From an uncultured Bacilli bacterium (lineage in GTDB: Bacteria; Bacillota_I; Bacilli_A; RF39; UBA660), in assembly GCA_944350145.1 (NCBI GenBank), contig CALVOC010000001.1:1-40029 (forward strand): DNA of 40,029 bases, given 5' to 3'. The notes under the pieces are model-generated. The model was not told the DNA's origin. It saw nothing but the letters and a program-made list of their open reading frames with translations, and searched no databases. Both the position numbers and the translations under genes were made by a program. This document shows, one piece after another, positions 9,535 to 19,195 of this stretch; position 1 is the first letter of the stretch; each line of letters opens with the position of its first letter.

Positions 9535-9611
9535 GGCCCGTTGGTGAAGCGGTTTAACACATAACCCTCTCAAGGTTACATTCACGAGTTCGAAACTCGT
9601 ACGGGTCACCA
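9535..9611 (+). tRNA. tRNA-Glu (anticodon CUC), CCA encoded
   Basis: Manual cloverleaf fold. Acceptor stem GGCCCGT/ACGGGTC, T-arm ACGAG-TTCGAAA-CTCGT, anticodon arm TAACC-CTCTCAA-GGTTA. The ends closely match my recollection of B. subtilis tRNA-Glu. Confidence 0.9.
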
Positions 9612-9626
9612 AATTTGTTTTATAAG

Positions 9627-9653
9627 TTGGTAGTTATAATACCAATTTTTTTT
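9627..9653 (+). terminator. rho-independent terminator after tRNA-Glu
   Basis: TTGGTA-7 nt-TACCAA followed by T8. Confidence 0.8.
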
Positions 9654-9730
9654 ATGTCAAAAAAGAAAAGAGTTTTTGGAAAATGCTTTTAAAAAAGTTT
9701 CTTTTCGCTTACAATAGTATAGGAAAGTAG

Positions 9731-10396
9731 TTGAAGTATATGAGAATTGCGTTGATAAACGAAAATAGTCAAAAAAAGAAAAATGCGTTTATTTTAGATG
9801 TTTTAGAGAGAGTTGCTATTAAATATGGCCATCAAGTTTTTAATTATGGTGTTAGTGAAGATAAAGATTCTTCAATCGATTATGTTGGAGCTGGATTATT
9901 AGCAGGTATATTGTTAAATAGTCATGCAGTTGATTTTGTGATTACAGGTTGCTCAAGTGGTGAAGGTGTTTTATTAAGTGCAAATGCCATGCCTAATGTT
10001 TACTGTGGCTATATCGGAGATTTAGTCGATGCCAAACTTTTTAATAAAATTAATGGAGGTAATGCTGTATCTATTCCTTTTGGAAAATATTTTGGAACAG
10101 GTGCTGAGTTTTTCTTAGAAAGTATTTTTGAGGCTTTATTTACAACGGAAATGGCAACAGGCTATCCGAGTGAACGAAAGAAGATTCAGGATGCTCAGAG
10201 AAAATGCTTGGAAGAAGTGAAACGTACTTCACAAATTAATATGACTGAAATATTAGAAGAAGTAGATAAAGATTTACTTTATAATATCATTCATAATGAA
10301 TACTTTGAAGAGAATTTTTTTCAATATTCTAGAGATGATGAAATTAGTGAAATTATGAAAGATTTATTCGATGCTTGGATAGATTCTACTTTTTAA
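9731..10396 (+). CDS. RpiB/LacA/LacB-family sugar-phosphate isomerase-like protein with C-terminal extension
   Basis: MRIALINE..., and VDFVITGCSSGEGVLLSANAMPNVYCGY resembles the RpiB active-site segment (GxxxCGTGxGxSIAANK). Alternative start ATG 9740. Confidence 0.6.
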   Translation: MKYMRIALINENSQKKKNAFILDVLERVAIKYGHQVFNYGVSEDKDSSIDYVGAGLLAGILLNSHAVDFVITGCSSGEGVLLSANAMPNVYCGYIGDLVDAKLFNKINGGNAVSIPFGKYFGTGAEFFLESIFEALFTTEMATGYPSERKKIQDAQRKCLEEVKRTSQINMTEILEEVDKDLLYNIIHNEYFEENFFQYSRDDEISEIMKDLFDAWIDSTF

Positions 10397-10400
10397 AATG

Positions 10401-10423
10401 GCTTCCTTTATGGAAGCTTTTTT
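10401..10423 (+). terminator. rho-independent terminator
   Basis: GCTTCC-tttat-GGAAGC followed by T6. Confidence 0.8.
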
Positions 10424-10502
10424 AAAGCTTGTCAAATTGTTGAAAAATAGTAGCAGTTTTATAGAAAAGAATGTATAATGAACTAAGAAAGGAAAAGAGT
10501 TT

Positions 10503-11402
10503 ATGTTAAAAGTTGAACATGTAACAAAATATTATGGGGAAAACAAAGCCGTAGATGATTTGTCTTTTCAAGTTGAAGATGGAAAAATCTTTGGTTTATT
10601 AGGTGTGAATGGAGCTGGTAAAACTACAACATTTCGTATGATTATTGGCCTTTTGGAACCTACTGAAGGAAAAATTACTTTAGATGGTAAACCTATAGAT
10701 TATAGTGTTACTGATACGATTGGTTTTTTAACAGAAGAAAGAAGTTTGCTTACTAAATTGACTGTTAAAGAACAAATCATTTATTATGGTACTTTAAAAG
10801 GAATGAATGAAAAAGAAATTTTGAAACGTTTAGATGAATGGTTAGAAAGATTTCATATAAAGGAATATAAAGATCGGAAGATAAAAGAGTTATCTAAAGG
10901 AAATCAACAAAAAGTTCAATTTATCTCAGCCGTTATTAATAATCCTAAATTGCTTATTTTGGATGAACCTTTTTCAGGCCTTGATCCAATTAATGTCGAA
11001 ATGTTTATGGAAGCGATTCGCGAATTTAAAAAACGCGGTAGTAGCATTATTTTTTCTTCGCATCGAATGGAACATGTTGAAATGTTTTGTGAGAATTTAG
11101 TGATTCTTGTTAAAGGAAAAAGTGTGTTAGAAGGCGAGTTAAAACAAATTAAAAAAGATTATCGGAAGAAAAATATTCACATTAAAGGGAATGTGGATCT
11201 CGATGCTTTAAGAAAGACAAAAGGGGTTCTAGAAGTTATTGAAAATGCTTCTGAAATTATTGTGAAAATAGAAGAGGATTCTTACATTGAAAAAGTGTTT
11301 GATGTCGTGAAAAAAGGAAGCGATATTACAGAATTTTCTGTTGAAGATCCTACCTTAAATGAGATCTTCTTAAGTAAAGTAGGTGAAACATATGAAAAAT
11401 AA
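10503..11402 (+). CDS. ABC transporter ATP-binding protein (ABC-2 / YhaQ-NatA type)
   Basis: Walker A GVNGAGKTT, signature LSKGNQQK, Walker B LLILDEPFSGLD, H-loop SSH. Confidence 0.9.
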   Translation: MLKVEHVTKYYGENKAVDDLSFQVEDGKIFGLLGVNGAGKTTTFRMIIGLLEPTEGKITLDGKPIDYSVTDTIGFLTEERSLLTKLTVKEQIIYYGTLKGMNEKEILKRLDEWLERFHIKEYKDRKIKELSKGNQQKVQFISAVINNPKLLILDEPFSGLDPINVEMFMEAIREFKKRGSSIIFSSHRMEHVEMFCENLVILVKGKSVLEGELKQIKKDYRKKNIHIKGNVDLDALRKTKGVLEVIENASEIIVKIEEDSYIEKVFDVVKKGSDITEFSVEDPTLNEIFLSKVGETYEK

Positions 11403-12711
11403 ATTGAAGTTTTTAACAAAACAAAGTTTGGATAAAAAAATTAAAACTAAATGGTTTAAAGGGGTCAATATTCTACTTTTGGTTTTGTTTGTATTAATTA
11501 TGAATATTGATCGTGTGATTGCCGTTTTTGGAGGAGATTTTGAAAATCAAATTACTGTGTATGTTAAAGATGATGTCAATATTTATGACTCTTTTGCTCC
11601 GGCTTTTGAAGAAGTCGCAGGATCTCTTGGAGAAGCCAAGAACTTTAAATTAGAGAAGACAGAAGAAGATATTGAATCTTTAAAAAGTAGTTTAGAAAAT
11701 GAAAAAGAGAAAATTGTTGTTCATATTTTGCCAGATGAACAAAATTATATGAAAGCTCAGATTTTTTCTTATGATGAGGTTGGTACGATTACTACTCAGT
11801 TAATATCTATGTCTGTGAATAGTGTGAAGTCTTCAGTTGCGGCTAGTGCTAGCGGACTATCTAATGAGCAAATTCTCGCTCTTACTTCGCCCGTTGAAAT
11901 TGAAACGATTTTAACGAATCCGGATGTTGAAAATAAAGAAGGCCAGGATATTGTCGCGGCTGGGGTGATGCTTGTTTTTATTCTTCCATGTTTTTTCCTA
12001 ATCATTATGCTTGTTCAAATGATTGGAGCTGAAGTAAATGATGAAAAATCGACAAGAAGTATGGAAATTATTATTTCTAATGTACCTCCTAAAGTTCACT
12101 TTTTATCCAAGATATTTGCTTCAACTGCTTTTGTAGTTTTACAAGGGTTATTATTAGTTTTATATGGAGGTATTGCTTTAATTGTTCGCAATGTTTTAGG
12201 TGGGGCTGGCTTAGCTGCGGTAAGTGGTGAAGTAACTGGTCAATTAGGAGAAATTTTGAGTTTGGTAAAAGACACAGGTGTCTTTAGTTTATTGTTACAA
12301 GGATTGCCAATTATTCTCGTGTTGTTTATTTTATCTTTTATTGCTTATGCAATTGTCGCAGGTGTTCTTGCGTCTATGACTACAAGCATTGAAGATTTCC
12401 AACAATTACAAACACCTATTATGCTCATTATTTTAGTAGGATATTATTTAGCTATTATGGCGGTTCAATTTGATGGATCTTTATTCATTGAAATTGCTTC
12501 CTATATTCCTATGTTATCTTTCTTAGTTTCTCCAGTCTTATTTATGCTTGGACAAATTTCTATTTGGCAAATGCTTCTTTCCACGGGAATCATGACAGTA
12601 TTTACTTGGTTTATCTTCCGTTATGGATTACGAATTTATAAAGTTGGAATTTTAAATTATTCTTCTTCTAAATTATGGAAAAAGATGTTTAAATCTTTGA
12701 AACAAAAATAG
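11392..12711 (+). CDS. ABC-2 family transporter permease (YhaP/NatB-like)
   Basis: N-terminal TM segment, a large extracytoplasmic loop, then 5-6 TM segments. Overlaps the ATPase stop codon. AGGTG RBS 6 nt before ATG 11392 (the ORF-track GTG 11383 is also possible). Confidence 0.8.
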   Translation: MKNKLKFLTKQSLDKKIKTKWFKGVNILLLVLFVLIMNIDRVIAVFGGDFENQITVYVKDDVNIYDSFAPAFEEVAGSLGEAKNFKLEKTEEDIESLKSSLENEKEKIVVHILPDEQNYMKAQIFSYDEVGTITTQLISMSVNSVKSSVAASASGLSNEQILALTSPVEIETILTNPDVENKEGQDIVAAGVMLVFILPCFFLIIMLVQMIGAEVNDEKSTRSMEIIISNVPPKVHFLSKIFASTAFVVLQGLLLVLYGGIALIVRNVLGGAGLAAVSGEVTGQLGEILSLVKDTGVFSLLLQGLPIILVLFILSFIAYAIVAGVLASMTTSIEDFQQLQTPIMLIILVGYYLAIMAVQFDGSLFIEIASYIPMLSFLVSPVLFMLGQISIWQMLLSTGIMTVFTWFIFRYGLRIYKVGILNYSSSKLWKKMFKSLKQK

Positions 12712-12803
12712 GAAATCTTTTAAAAATAGATTTTCTTTTTTTTGAAAAGGGCTATTCATTTTGAAGAATTTTTAGTATACTTTTAAAGTAGGAGTAGAGT
12801 AGT

Positions 12804-14513
12804 ATGAAAAGAAAAATCATAGTTGGTAGTATTTTATTATTGATTTTTTTGAACTTATCTTTTTTTGTGATTGGATATTTAAGTTATTTAGATCCTAAAC
12901 TTGGCCAATTTCAAATTGAAAGTGTTGTAGAAACGAATAAATTTTTAACTTTAAATGTAACCCCGTCTCTTAATGCTACAAAATATGAAGTAAAAATTAA
13001 AAAAGATGATCAAATCATCTATGAAAAAGAAGAGAGTTCTAATGAAATTTTGTTAGAAAATTTAGAAGCAGAACATAATGATGAATTGGAAATTCAAGTT
13101 TTAGCATTTAATAAAAATAATGAAATTAAAGAGAGTGAGAATACTTATAATTATGTTTATAAAGATGCTAGTTTTGTAAAAGATCAAAATCATTTGGTTT
13201 CTAAAGATCAAGATTTGGTTTTAAATATAGATGGCTTTGATTCTAGTGAGCAATATAGTATACAAGTTTTTTATGGTAAAAAAGTTCTTTATCGAGGAAG
13301 TGTCTTGGAAAGTCAAGCTGTTATTCCTTATGATGCTATAAAAGATTATTCTGGAAGATTAACTGCTGAACTTTATAATAAATCTGGAAGAAAAATTAGT
13401 ACGTTTACTTTTTATTTAAATACACCGATTGTTGGTAAAATGAGTCTTTTAGAACCTATATCTCCTTTTTCTAGTAGGTGGAATGATGTAACGATTTCAT
13501 TTTCAGGAGGAACTAATGCGAATCATTTTTATTTAGAGTTATGGACAGATAGTCAAAAGGTTCAAGAATTCGAAGTTTTTCCTGAGAAAAATCAAATTAT
13601 TTTGCCTGCAAATCTTTTAAATGAGAATACTTTATATCAAGTTGTTTTAAAGGCTGTATATGAAGATTATTTTGAAATTGCAGAGCAACTTTGCTTTGAA
13701 CTTAATGTTGGTAAAAAAGAGACTACTCATCCTGTTTATGTTTCACATAATCCTACTTTTATTCAAAAAGGAACTGAAATTCGTTTGAAAAGTCAAACCG
13801 AAGATGCTACGATTTATTATACATTAGATGGAAGTGATCCTACATCATCTAGTATGGTATATACAAATCCATTGGTTATTTATCAAGATGTTGTTTTAAA
13901 AACATATGCTGTAAGTTCTAACCGATATGATTCGGATATTAATACGTATTCTTTTCAAATTAAAGATAAAACTCCAGTGATTTATTTAAGTCCAAGTAAT
14001 CAATATGATAATTATGGGGTAGAAGGATCTGGCTATACTACCGAGAAGGATATGATGAATAAACTAGCTGATGTGGTTGAAAAATATTTAAAGAATGCCG
14101 GATTTCTTGTTTATCGTAACAATCCTAATGGCGACATTAATGCATGGAATGCTTTTAGTAATGCTGTTGGAGCTGATTTTCATTTAGCTATTCATTCTAA
14201 TGGATCGACAAATCATACCGCTCGTGGTATAGAAATTCATATTGATGATGCTACTTCGGCTTCTTTATCTATCGCGACCAATATTTATGAGAATTTATGG
14301 CAAATCTATCCAGGAAATGCAAATCCTTCCTATAGTCGTGGGGTTAAGTATTCTTATGGCAGTTTGGGAGAGGTAAATGAAGATTATGTTCGTAATGGAG
14401 CTTTAATTGAAGTGGCTTTTCACGATAATATGGAAGATGCTTTGTGGATGGTTCAAAATCTTGAACAAATTGGTCAAAATATTGCAAATTCGATTATTTC
14501 CTATTATAATTAA
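12804..14513 (+). CDS. membrane-anchored N-acetylmuramoyl-L-alanine amidase (Amidase_3) with beta-sandwich and chitobiase/FN3-associated-like domains
   Basis: N-terminal TM segment. ATIYYTLDGSDPTSSS..YTNP (CHB_HEX_C-like). C-terminal SPSNQYDNYG, FHLAIHSNG..ARGIEI and LIEVAFHDN (Amidase_3 zinc and catalytic motifs). Confidence 0.8.
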   Translation: MKRKIIVGSILLLIFLNLSFFVIGYLSYLDPKLGQFQIESVVETNKFLTLNVTPSLNATKYEVKIKKDDQIIYEKEESSNEILLENLEAEHNDELEIQVLAFNKNNEIKESENTYNYVYKDASFVKDQNHLVSKDQDLVLNIDGFDSSEQYSIQVFYGKKVLYRGSVLESQAVIPYDAIKDYSGRLTAELYNKSGRKISTFTFYLNTPIVGKMSLLEPISPFSSRWNDVTISFSGGTNANHFYLELWTDSQKVQEFEVFPEKNQIILPANLLNENTLYQVVLKAVYEDYFEIAEQLCFELNVGKKETTHPVYVSHNPTFIQKGTEIRLKSQTEDATIYYTLDGSDPTSSSMVYTNPLVIYQDVVLKTYAVSSNRYDSDINTYSFQIKDKTPVIYLSPSNQYDNYGVEGSGYTTEKDMMNKLADVVEKYLKNAGFLVYRNNPNGDINAWNAFSNAVGADFHLAIHSNGSTNHTARGIEIHIDDATSASLSIATNIYENLWQIYPGNANPSYSRGVKYSYGSLGEVNEDYVRNGALIEVAFHDNMEDALWMVQNLEQIGQNIANSIISYYN

Positions 14514-14534
14514 GGTATAGAAAGTGAGACTTAT

Positions 14535-15536
14535 ATGAAATATATTACTTTTGCTGTTCCTTGCTATAATTCTGAAAGTTATATGGAACACTGTATTGAA
14601 ACTCTTTTAAAAGGAAAAGAGGATGTTGAAATTATTCTAGTGGATGATGGATCAAAGGATAAGACTGGAGAAATTGCCGATCGTTATCAAGCAAAATATC
14701 CAGATATTATTAAAGTGGTTCATAAAGAAAACGGGGGTCATGGGTCTGGTGTAAATAAAGGTTTAGAACTTGCAACAGGTCTTTATTATAAAGTGGTCGA
14801 TTCAGATGACTGGGTAGATGAAGATGCTCTAATGAGTGTTTTAAAAACGATTAAAAAGTTTCATAAAGAAAAAACTTTAGTGGATATGCTTGTTGTAAAT
14901 TATGTTTATGAAAAAGAAGGAGAGCAAAAGGTTATTCGTTATACGAAAACATTGCCAGAAAATAAAATTTTTACTTGGGATGAAGTTGGAAAATTTAAAA
15001 AAGATGCGTATTTATTAATGCATTCTGTGATTTATCGTACAGAATTTTTAAAAAGTATTGGCTTAAAACTTCCAGAAAAAACATTCTATGTCGATAATAT
15101 TTTTGTCTATTATCCATTGCCATTTATTAAGACAATGTATTATTTAAATGTCGATTTTTATCGTTATTTTATTGGTAGAAGTGATCAATCTGTAAATGAA
15201 AAGGTTATGATTAAACGAATTGATCAACAAATTTTTATTACTAAAACTATGATTGATTTCTTTAATCCATATGATTATTGGGAAACTAATAAGAATTGTG
15301 CAAAATATTTAATTCATTATATTGATATTATGATGAGTGTGTCTTCGATTTTGCTTCAAGTATCTAATACGGATGAAAATCAACATAAAAGAAAAGAGTT
15401 ATGGAAATATTTAAAAGAAAAAAATCGTAAGTTATATAAAACTTGTCGTTTGTCTTTGTCTGGAGCTACTTGTTTACCTAGAGATTTGGCAGTAGCAGGG
15501 TATAGAATTGCTCGTAAAATATATAAATTTAATTAG
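14535..15536 (+). CDS. family 2 glycosyltransferase
   Basis: FAVPCYNSE, VDDGSKD and the DSDDW (DxD) motif. Confidence 0.85.
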   Translation: MKYITFAVPCYNSESYMEHCIETLLKGKEDVEIILVDDGSKDKTGEIADRYQAKYPDIIKVVHKENGGHGSGVNKGLELATGLYYKVVDSDDWVDEDALMSVLKTIKKFHKEKTLVDMLVVNYVYEKEGEQKVIRYTKTLPENKIFTWDEVGKFKKDAYLLMHSVIYRTEFLKSIGLKLPEKTFYVDNIFVYYPLPFIKTMYYLNVDFYRYFIGRSDQSVNEKVMIKRIDQQIFITKTMIDFFNPYDYWETNKNCAKYLIHYIDIMMSVSSILLQVSNTDENQHKRKELWKYLKEKNRKLYKTCRLSLSGATCLPRDLAVAGYRIARKIYKFN

Positions 15537-15544
15537 GTGAAATT

Positions 15545-16393
15545 ATGAATAATGTAGAACGTGATTATGAAAATATTTTGTTGGTTCTTCTTTCTTTATT
15601 AGAGTCCAAAGGATGTGTCTATGTTCATATTCCTCAGTTAAAGAAAGTTATTTTAGAAAATGTTTATGCTCCGGTTTTAAAAAATCATTTGGTAGGATTT
15701 CCAGAAGATTTTTCTCCTTTTTTAAAAGATTTAGAAAAATGCAAATATTTGACAAAGAAAGAAAATATGATCCATGCTTATAACATTACTATTCCTTCAG
15801 AAGTTGCTCAAAAGATTTTAGAAAAGTATCAAAAGAATCCTTATTTATATAAAGCTATTGATGCTTTGGCTTCTTTATATAGCAATCAAGATCCCGTACT
15901 TGCTAAAAATGAGAATTTTCATAAAATGTTTGAAATTGAAGAAAATCGAACAATTCGAAACGGGAAAGATTTTTTCTTGGCTTTCTGTGCTTCTTTAAAG
16001 TCTTTAGGTCTATCTATTTTAGATAATGAAGTTTTTCAAAAAGCTTTCCATTTTTCTTTTGATGATTCTGTAAAACTTAATGAATGGTTAAAGAAAAAAT
16101 TTGAAAAAGATTTTGAAATCACAAATGTGTATACTATTATTTATGAACTTTTAGATTTATCTGGAATTACTTTAAAAAAAGTAGATCCGTTGAATTTGCA
16201 AGATTTGTCTGTTTTAAAACGTTTAGAAAATTTTAATTATGCTTTTGAAATTTATTTAAGTGACGAATCCTTGTTTAAAATTTTAGAATCTTTGTCTGTA
16301 GAAGACCAAAAGACTTTAAAACAAATTTCTTTTAAATATCAAAAAGTAGAACAAGAATATGCTTTAGAAAGTGAACATCCAATTTTAAAATAA
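15545..16393 (+). CDS. hypothetical soluble protein (282 aa)
   Basis: Long ORF with an AGGTGA RBS, 8 nt after the GT2 stop. No motif recognised. Confidence 0.6.
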   Translation: MNNVERDYENILLVLLSLLESKGCVYVHIPQLKKVILENVYAPVLKNHLVGFPEDFSPFLKDLEKCKYLTKKENMIHAYNITIPSEVAQKILEKYQKNPYLYKAIDALASLYSNQDPVLAKNENFHKMFEIEENRTIRNGKDFFLAFCASLKSLGLSILDNEVFQKAFHFSFDDSVKLNEWLKKKFEKDFEITNVYTIIYELLDLSGITLKKVDPLNLQDLSVLKRLENFNYAFEIYLSDESLFKILESLSVEDQKTLKQISFKYQKVEQEYALESEHPILK

Positions 16394-16432
16394 TTGGGTG
16401 TTTTTATTAAAAACCTTTGTTCGTCTTAAAAC

Positions 16433-16461
16433 TTGACAACTTATACGGTGAATGATAGACT
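16433..16461 (+). promoter_or_regulatory. sigma-A promoter of sufS-sufU
   Basis: TTGACA - 17 nt - TAGACT, with TG at the extended -10 position. Confidence 0.55.
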
Positions 16462-16561
16462 TATAAAGAAATTATTTATTTTTGGGTAAATATTATATGC
16501 AAAATATAAAAAAATGAATACATTTATAGTAAGCACAGGAAAACAAGAAAGGAGTGATAAA

Positions 16562-17758
16562 ATGAATCAAACTGACTTTCCCATGTTAAGAGAAGACTTC
16601 ATTTATTTGGATAATGGAGCTACAACATTAAAACCAAAATGTGTTATTGATAAGATTACAGAATATTATGAAAAGTATTCTGCTAATGCTCATCGTGGCG
16701 ATTATGATATTTCTTTTAAAGTAGATCAAGAGTATGAAAAAGCAAGAGAAATTGTGAGAAATTTTATAAATGCAAGATATAAAGAAGAAGTTGTTTTTAC
16801 AAGTGGATCGACACAGTCTTTAAATATGATTGCTAATGGCTTTTTTGGAAAATATTTAGAGGCTGGAGATGAGGTAATACTTTCTCAAAGTGAGCATGCT
16901 TCTAATGTTTTACCTTGGTTTCGTCTTTCACAGGAAAAAGGAGTAGTTATTCGTTATATTCCGTTAGATGATTCTCATTATGTTACTTTAAACAATCTGA
17001 AAAAAGTAGTAACTCCAAATACAAAAGTAATTGCTTTAGCTAGTATTACAAATGTAATTGGGGATGAACGTCCAATGAAAGAAATCTGTGAATTTGCTCA
17101 TCAAAATAATATTTTTGTTGTGATGGATGGAGCTCAAAGTGTGCCTCATCGTAAAACAGATGTACAAGATTTAGATGTTGATTTTTTAGCTTTTTCTGGT
17201 CATAAAATGTGTGGACCAACTGGCATAGGAGTCTTATACGGAAAAAAAGAACTTTTAGAAGAAATGGAGCCTCAAAATCTTGGTGGAGGAATGAATGAGT
17301 CCTTTGATAATCCAAATGAAGTTTATTTAAAAGAACTTCCGACTCGGTTAGAAGCTGGAACACCTAATATTGCAGGAGCTCTTGGTTTAGGAGCAGCGAT
17401 TACCTATTTAGAAAATATTGGAATGAATAAAATTGAAGCTTATGAAAAGAAACTTCGTAAATATGCACTTGAAAAACTTGTTGCTATTCCACATTTAGAC
17501 ATTCTTAATGTTGAATCCGATAGTGGAATTATATCATTTAATGTCGTTGGTGTATTTAGCCAAGATGTGGCTTATTATTTGAATAAATATAAAGTATGTG
17601 TCCGAGCTGGAAATCACTGTGCCAAAATTCTTAAACAAGAAACTGGTGTTCAAAATAGTTTACGAGTAAGCCTTTATTTTTATAATACAGAACAGGATAT
17701 TGATAATTTAGTTGAGTTATTGAGTAATAAAGATAAAATAGTAGAGGAAATGATATAG
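16562..17758 (+). CDS. sufS: cysteine desulfurase, SufS type (class V aminotransferase)
   Basis: GAAAGGAG RBS before ATG 16562 (the ORF-track start at 16514 is probably too long). PLP-Lys motif SGHKMCGPTGIG. Catalytic Cys RAGNHCA. Confidence 0.9.
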   Translation: MNQTDFPMLREDFIYLDNGATTLKPKCVIDKITEYYEKYSANAHRGDYDISFKVDQEYEKAREIVRNFINARYKEEVVFTSGSTQSLNMIANGFFGKYLEAGDEVILSQSEHASNVLPWFRLSQEKGVVIRYIPLDDSHYVTLNNLKKVVTPNTKVIALASITNVIGDERPMKEICEFAHQNNIFVVMDGAQSVPHRKTDVQDLDVDFLAFSGHKMCGPTGIGVLYGKKELLEEMEPQNLGGGMNESFDNPNEVYLKELPTRLEAGTPNIAGALGLGAAITYLENIGMNKIEAYEKKLRKYALEKLVAIPHLDILNVESDSGIISFNVVGVFSQDVAYYLNKYKVCVRAGNHCAKILKQETGVQNSLRVSLYFYNTEQDIDNLVELLSNKDKIVEEMI

Positions 17759-17759
17759 A

Positions 17760-18173
17760 ATGAATAATCGTGAAATTATAATGGAACACTACACCTCTTC
17801 CCCCCATAGAAAAGAACTTGTGCTTTCGGATTATCAAAAAATTGAAGTTCGAAGTAGTCAATGTGTTGATCATCTATTTATTTATGTAAAGATTCAAAAT
17901 GGAAAAATTTCTGATGCATATTTTAATGGGGAAGCTTGTGCGATTGCTACTTCTTCTTGTTCCATTCTTATTGATAATATTTTAAATAAATCTATTGATG
18001 AAGCAAAGAAAATTATAGAAGAATTTGAAAAAATGATTCATGATGAACCTTATTGTGAAGAAATTTTAAAAAATGCAACGGTCTTTAAAGATATTATTCA
18101 TCAAGGAAATAGAAAATCCTGTGCTTATCTTCCTTATCAAGGCTTAAAACAAATATTAAAAGATGAAAGGTAA
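17760..18173 (+). CDS. sufU: SufU-type Fe-S cluster assembly sulfur-transfer protein
   Basis: Conserved SSQCVD, GEACAIATSS and RKSCAYL (the three Cys plus Asp ligand pattern of SufU). Begins 1 nt after the sufS stop. Confidence 0.85.
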   Translation: MNNREIIMEHYTSSPHRKELVLSDYQKIEVRSSQCVDHLFIYVKIQNGKISDAYFNGEACAIATSSCSILIDNILNKSIDEAKKIIEEFEKMIHDEPYCEEILKNATVFKDIIHQGNRKSCAYLPYQGLKQILKDER

Positions 18174-18223
18174 CTTTTGTCTTTTTTTGTCCTTTTAAAG
18201 CATACAATAATATAGGTGGTAAA

Positions 18224-18448
18224 ATGAATTTATCGGATTTACAGCGAAAAGATATTATCAATATAGAAACAGGTAAGAAATTAGGAAAAATTGTCGATGC
18301 TCAAATGAATGAAAGAGGAATGATTGAATTTTTTGTTGTTATGGATCATAAATTTTGGCGATTTTGGAAATCTAGTGGTGAGATTAATGTTACAATTGAT
18401 CAAATTAAAAAGATTGGAACAGATGTTATTTTAGTGAATCAAATTTAA
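18224..18448 (+). CDS. ylmC: YlmC/YmxH-family sporulation protein (PRC-barrel)
   Basis: 74 aa. LSDLQRKDIINIETGKKLGKIVD....IKKIGTDVILV aligns along its whole length with my recollection of B. subtilis YlmC. Confidence 0.85.
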   Translation: MNLSDLQRKDIINIETGKKLGKIVDAQMNERGMIEFFVVMDHKFWRFWKSSGEINVTIDQIKKIGTDVILVNQI

Positions 18449-18547
18449 AATTGAGATAAGAAGGGCTACAAATGGTTCTTCTTTTGTTGTTTTTTTTCTC
18501 GTTTTCGTTTATACTTAGATTATGTAATGTAGAAGAGAGTGGGGTTT

Positions 18548-19183
18548 ATGAACGTCCAGATTGTTCTAACAAGTTATCTTTTAAAATTTATGTTTGGAGA
18601 AAATCCTTTTCAAGATCCTTTTTTACTTTCTAGAGAAGTGATCAAAAAAGCTTATAATGAAGGTTTGTATTTTATTTCTAATGAAAGAACTGTCGATGCT
18701 TTTTTTAGCGAACGAGAAAATGAACGTTTTGGGAACCTATTTGTTTTTGCTGGAATTCCTAGTTTTGAAGATATTTGTTTGAATTTATCTGCTCTTCCTA
18801 AACTTTATGCGATAAAAATTTCTTTGCCTTATGAAGAACTGGTTGATTTTATGCTTTTAATGGATCAAGGCGATATGATTTTATATAAGAATAATGTTCA
18901 GATAAAAAAAGAATATTTAGAAAAGGTTCTTTTAGATCTTTCTTTAGAAAAAGATAAATTGATTTATCAATTGGAAAGCGAGAAAAGGCCAGATATTCCT
19001 TTAGAAGAAGCTTTAACTTTTCTTGTTCATAATGTAAAAAATTATCATTTTGCCATTTCTAATAAACTACATTTTTTAGAAGAAGAATTAAATGCTTTTT
19101 TACAGACTGAAGAAGGATTAAAAAAGATGGAAGATGAAGAAAACTTGCAAATTGTCAAAGAAATTTATGAAGAATTGGTATAA
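18548..19183 (+). CDS. hypothetical protein (about 211 aa)
   Basis: Long ORF; ATG 18548 follows GAAGAGAG. No motif recognised. Ends 12 nt before the ADP-ribosylglycohydrolase gene. Confidence 0.55.
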   Translation: MNVQIVLTSYLLKFMFGENPFQDPFLLSREVIKKAYNEGLYFISNERTVDAFFSERENERFGNLFVFAGIPSFEDICLNLSALPKLYAIKISLPYEELVDFMLLMDQGDMILYKNNVQIKKEYLEKVLLDLSLEKDKLIYQLESEKRPDIPLEEALTFLVHNVKNYHFAISNKLHFLEEELNAFLQTEEGLKKMEDEENLQIVKEIYEELV

Positions 19184-19195
19184 GGATTTGATAAT

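Noticed and set aside
16394-16561. A possible riboswitch, T-box or leader upstream of sufS. The same question applies to the leaders at 9654-9730 and 32090-32261.
   Set aside because: I recognised no conserved riboswitch core, specifier/T-box sequence or terminator/antiterminator pair. Only promoter-like hexamers are present.
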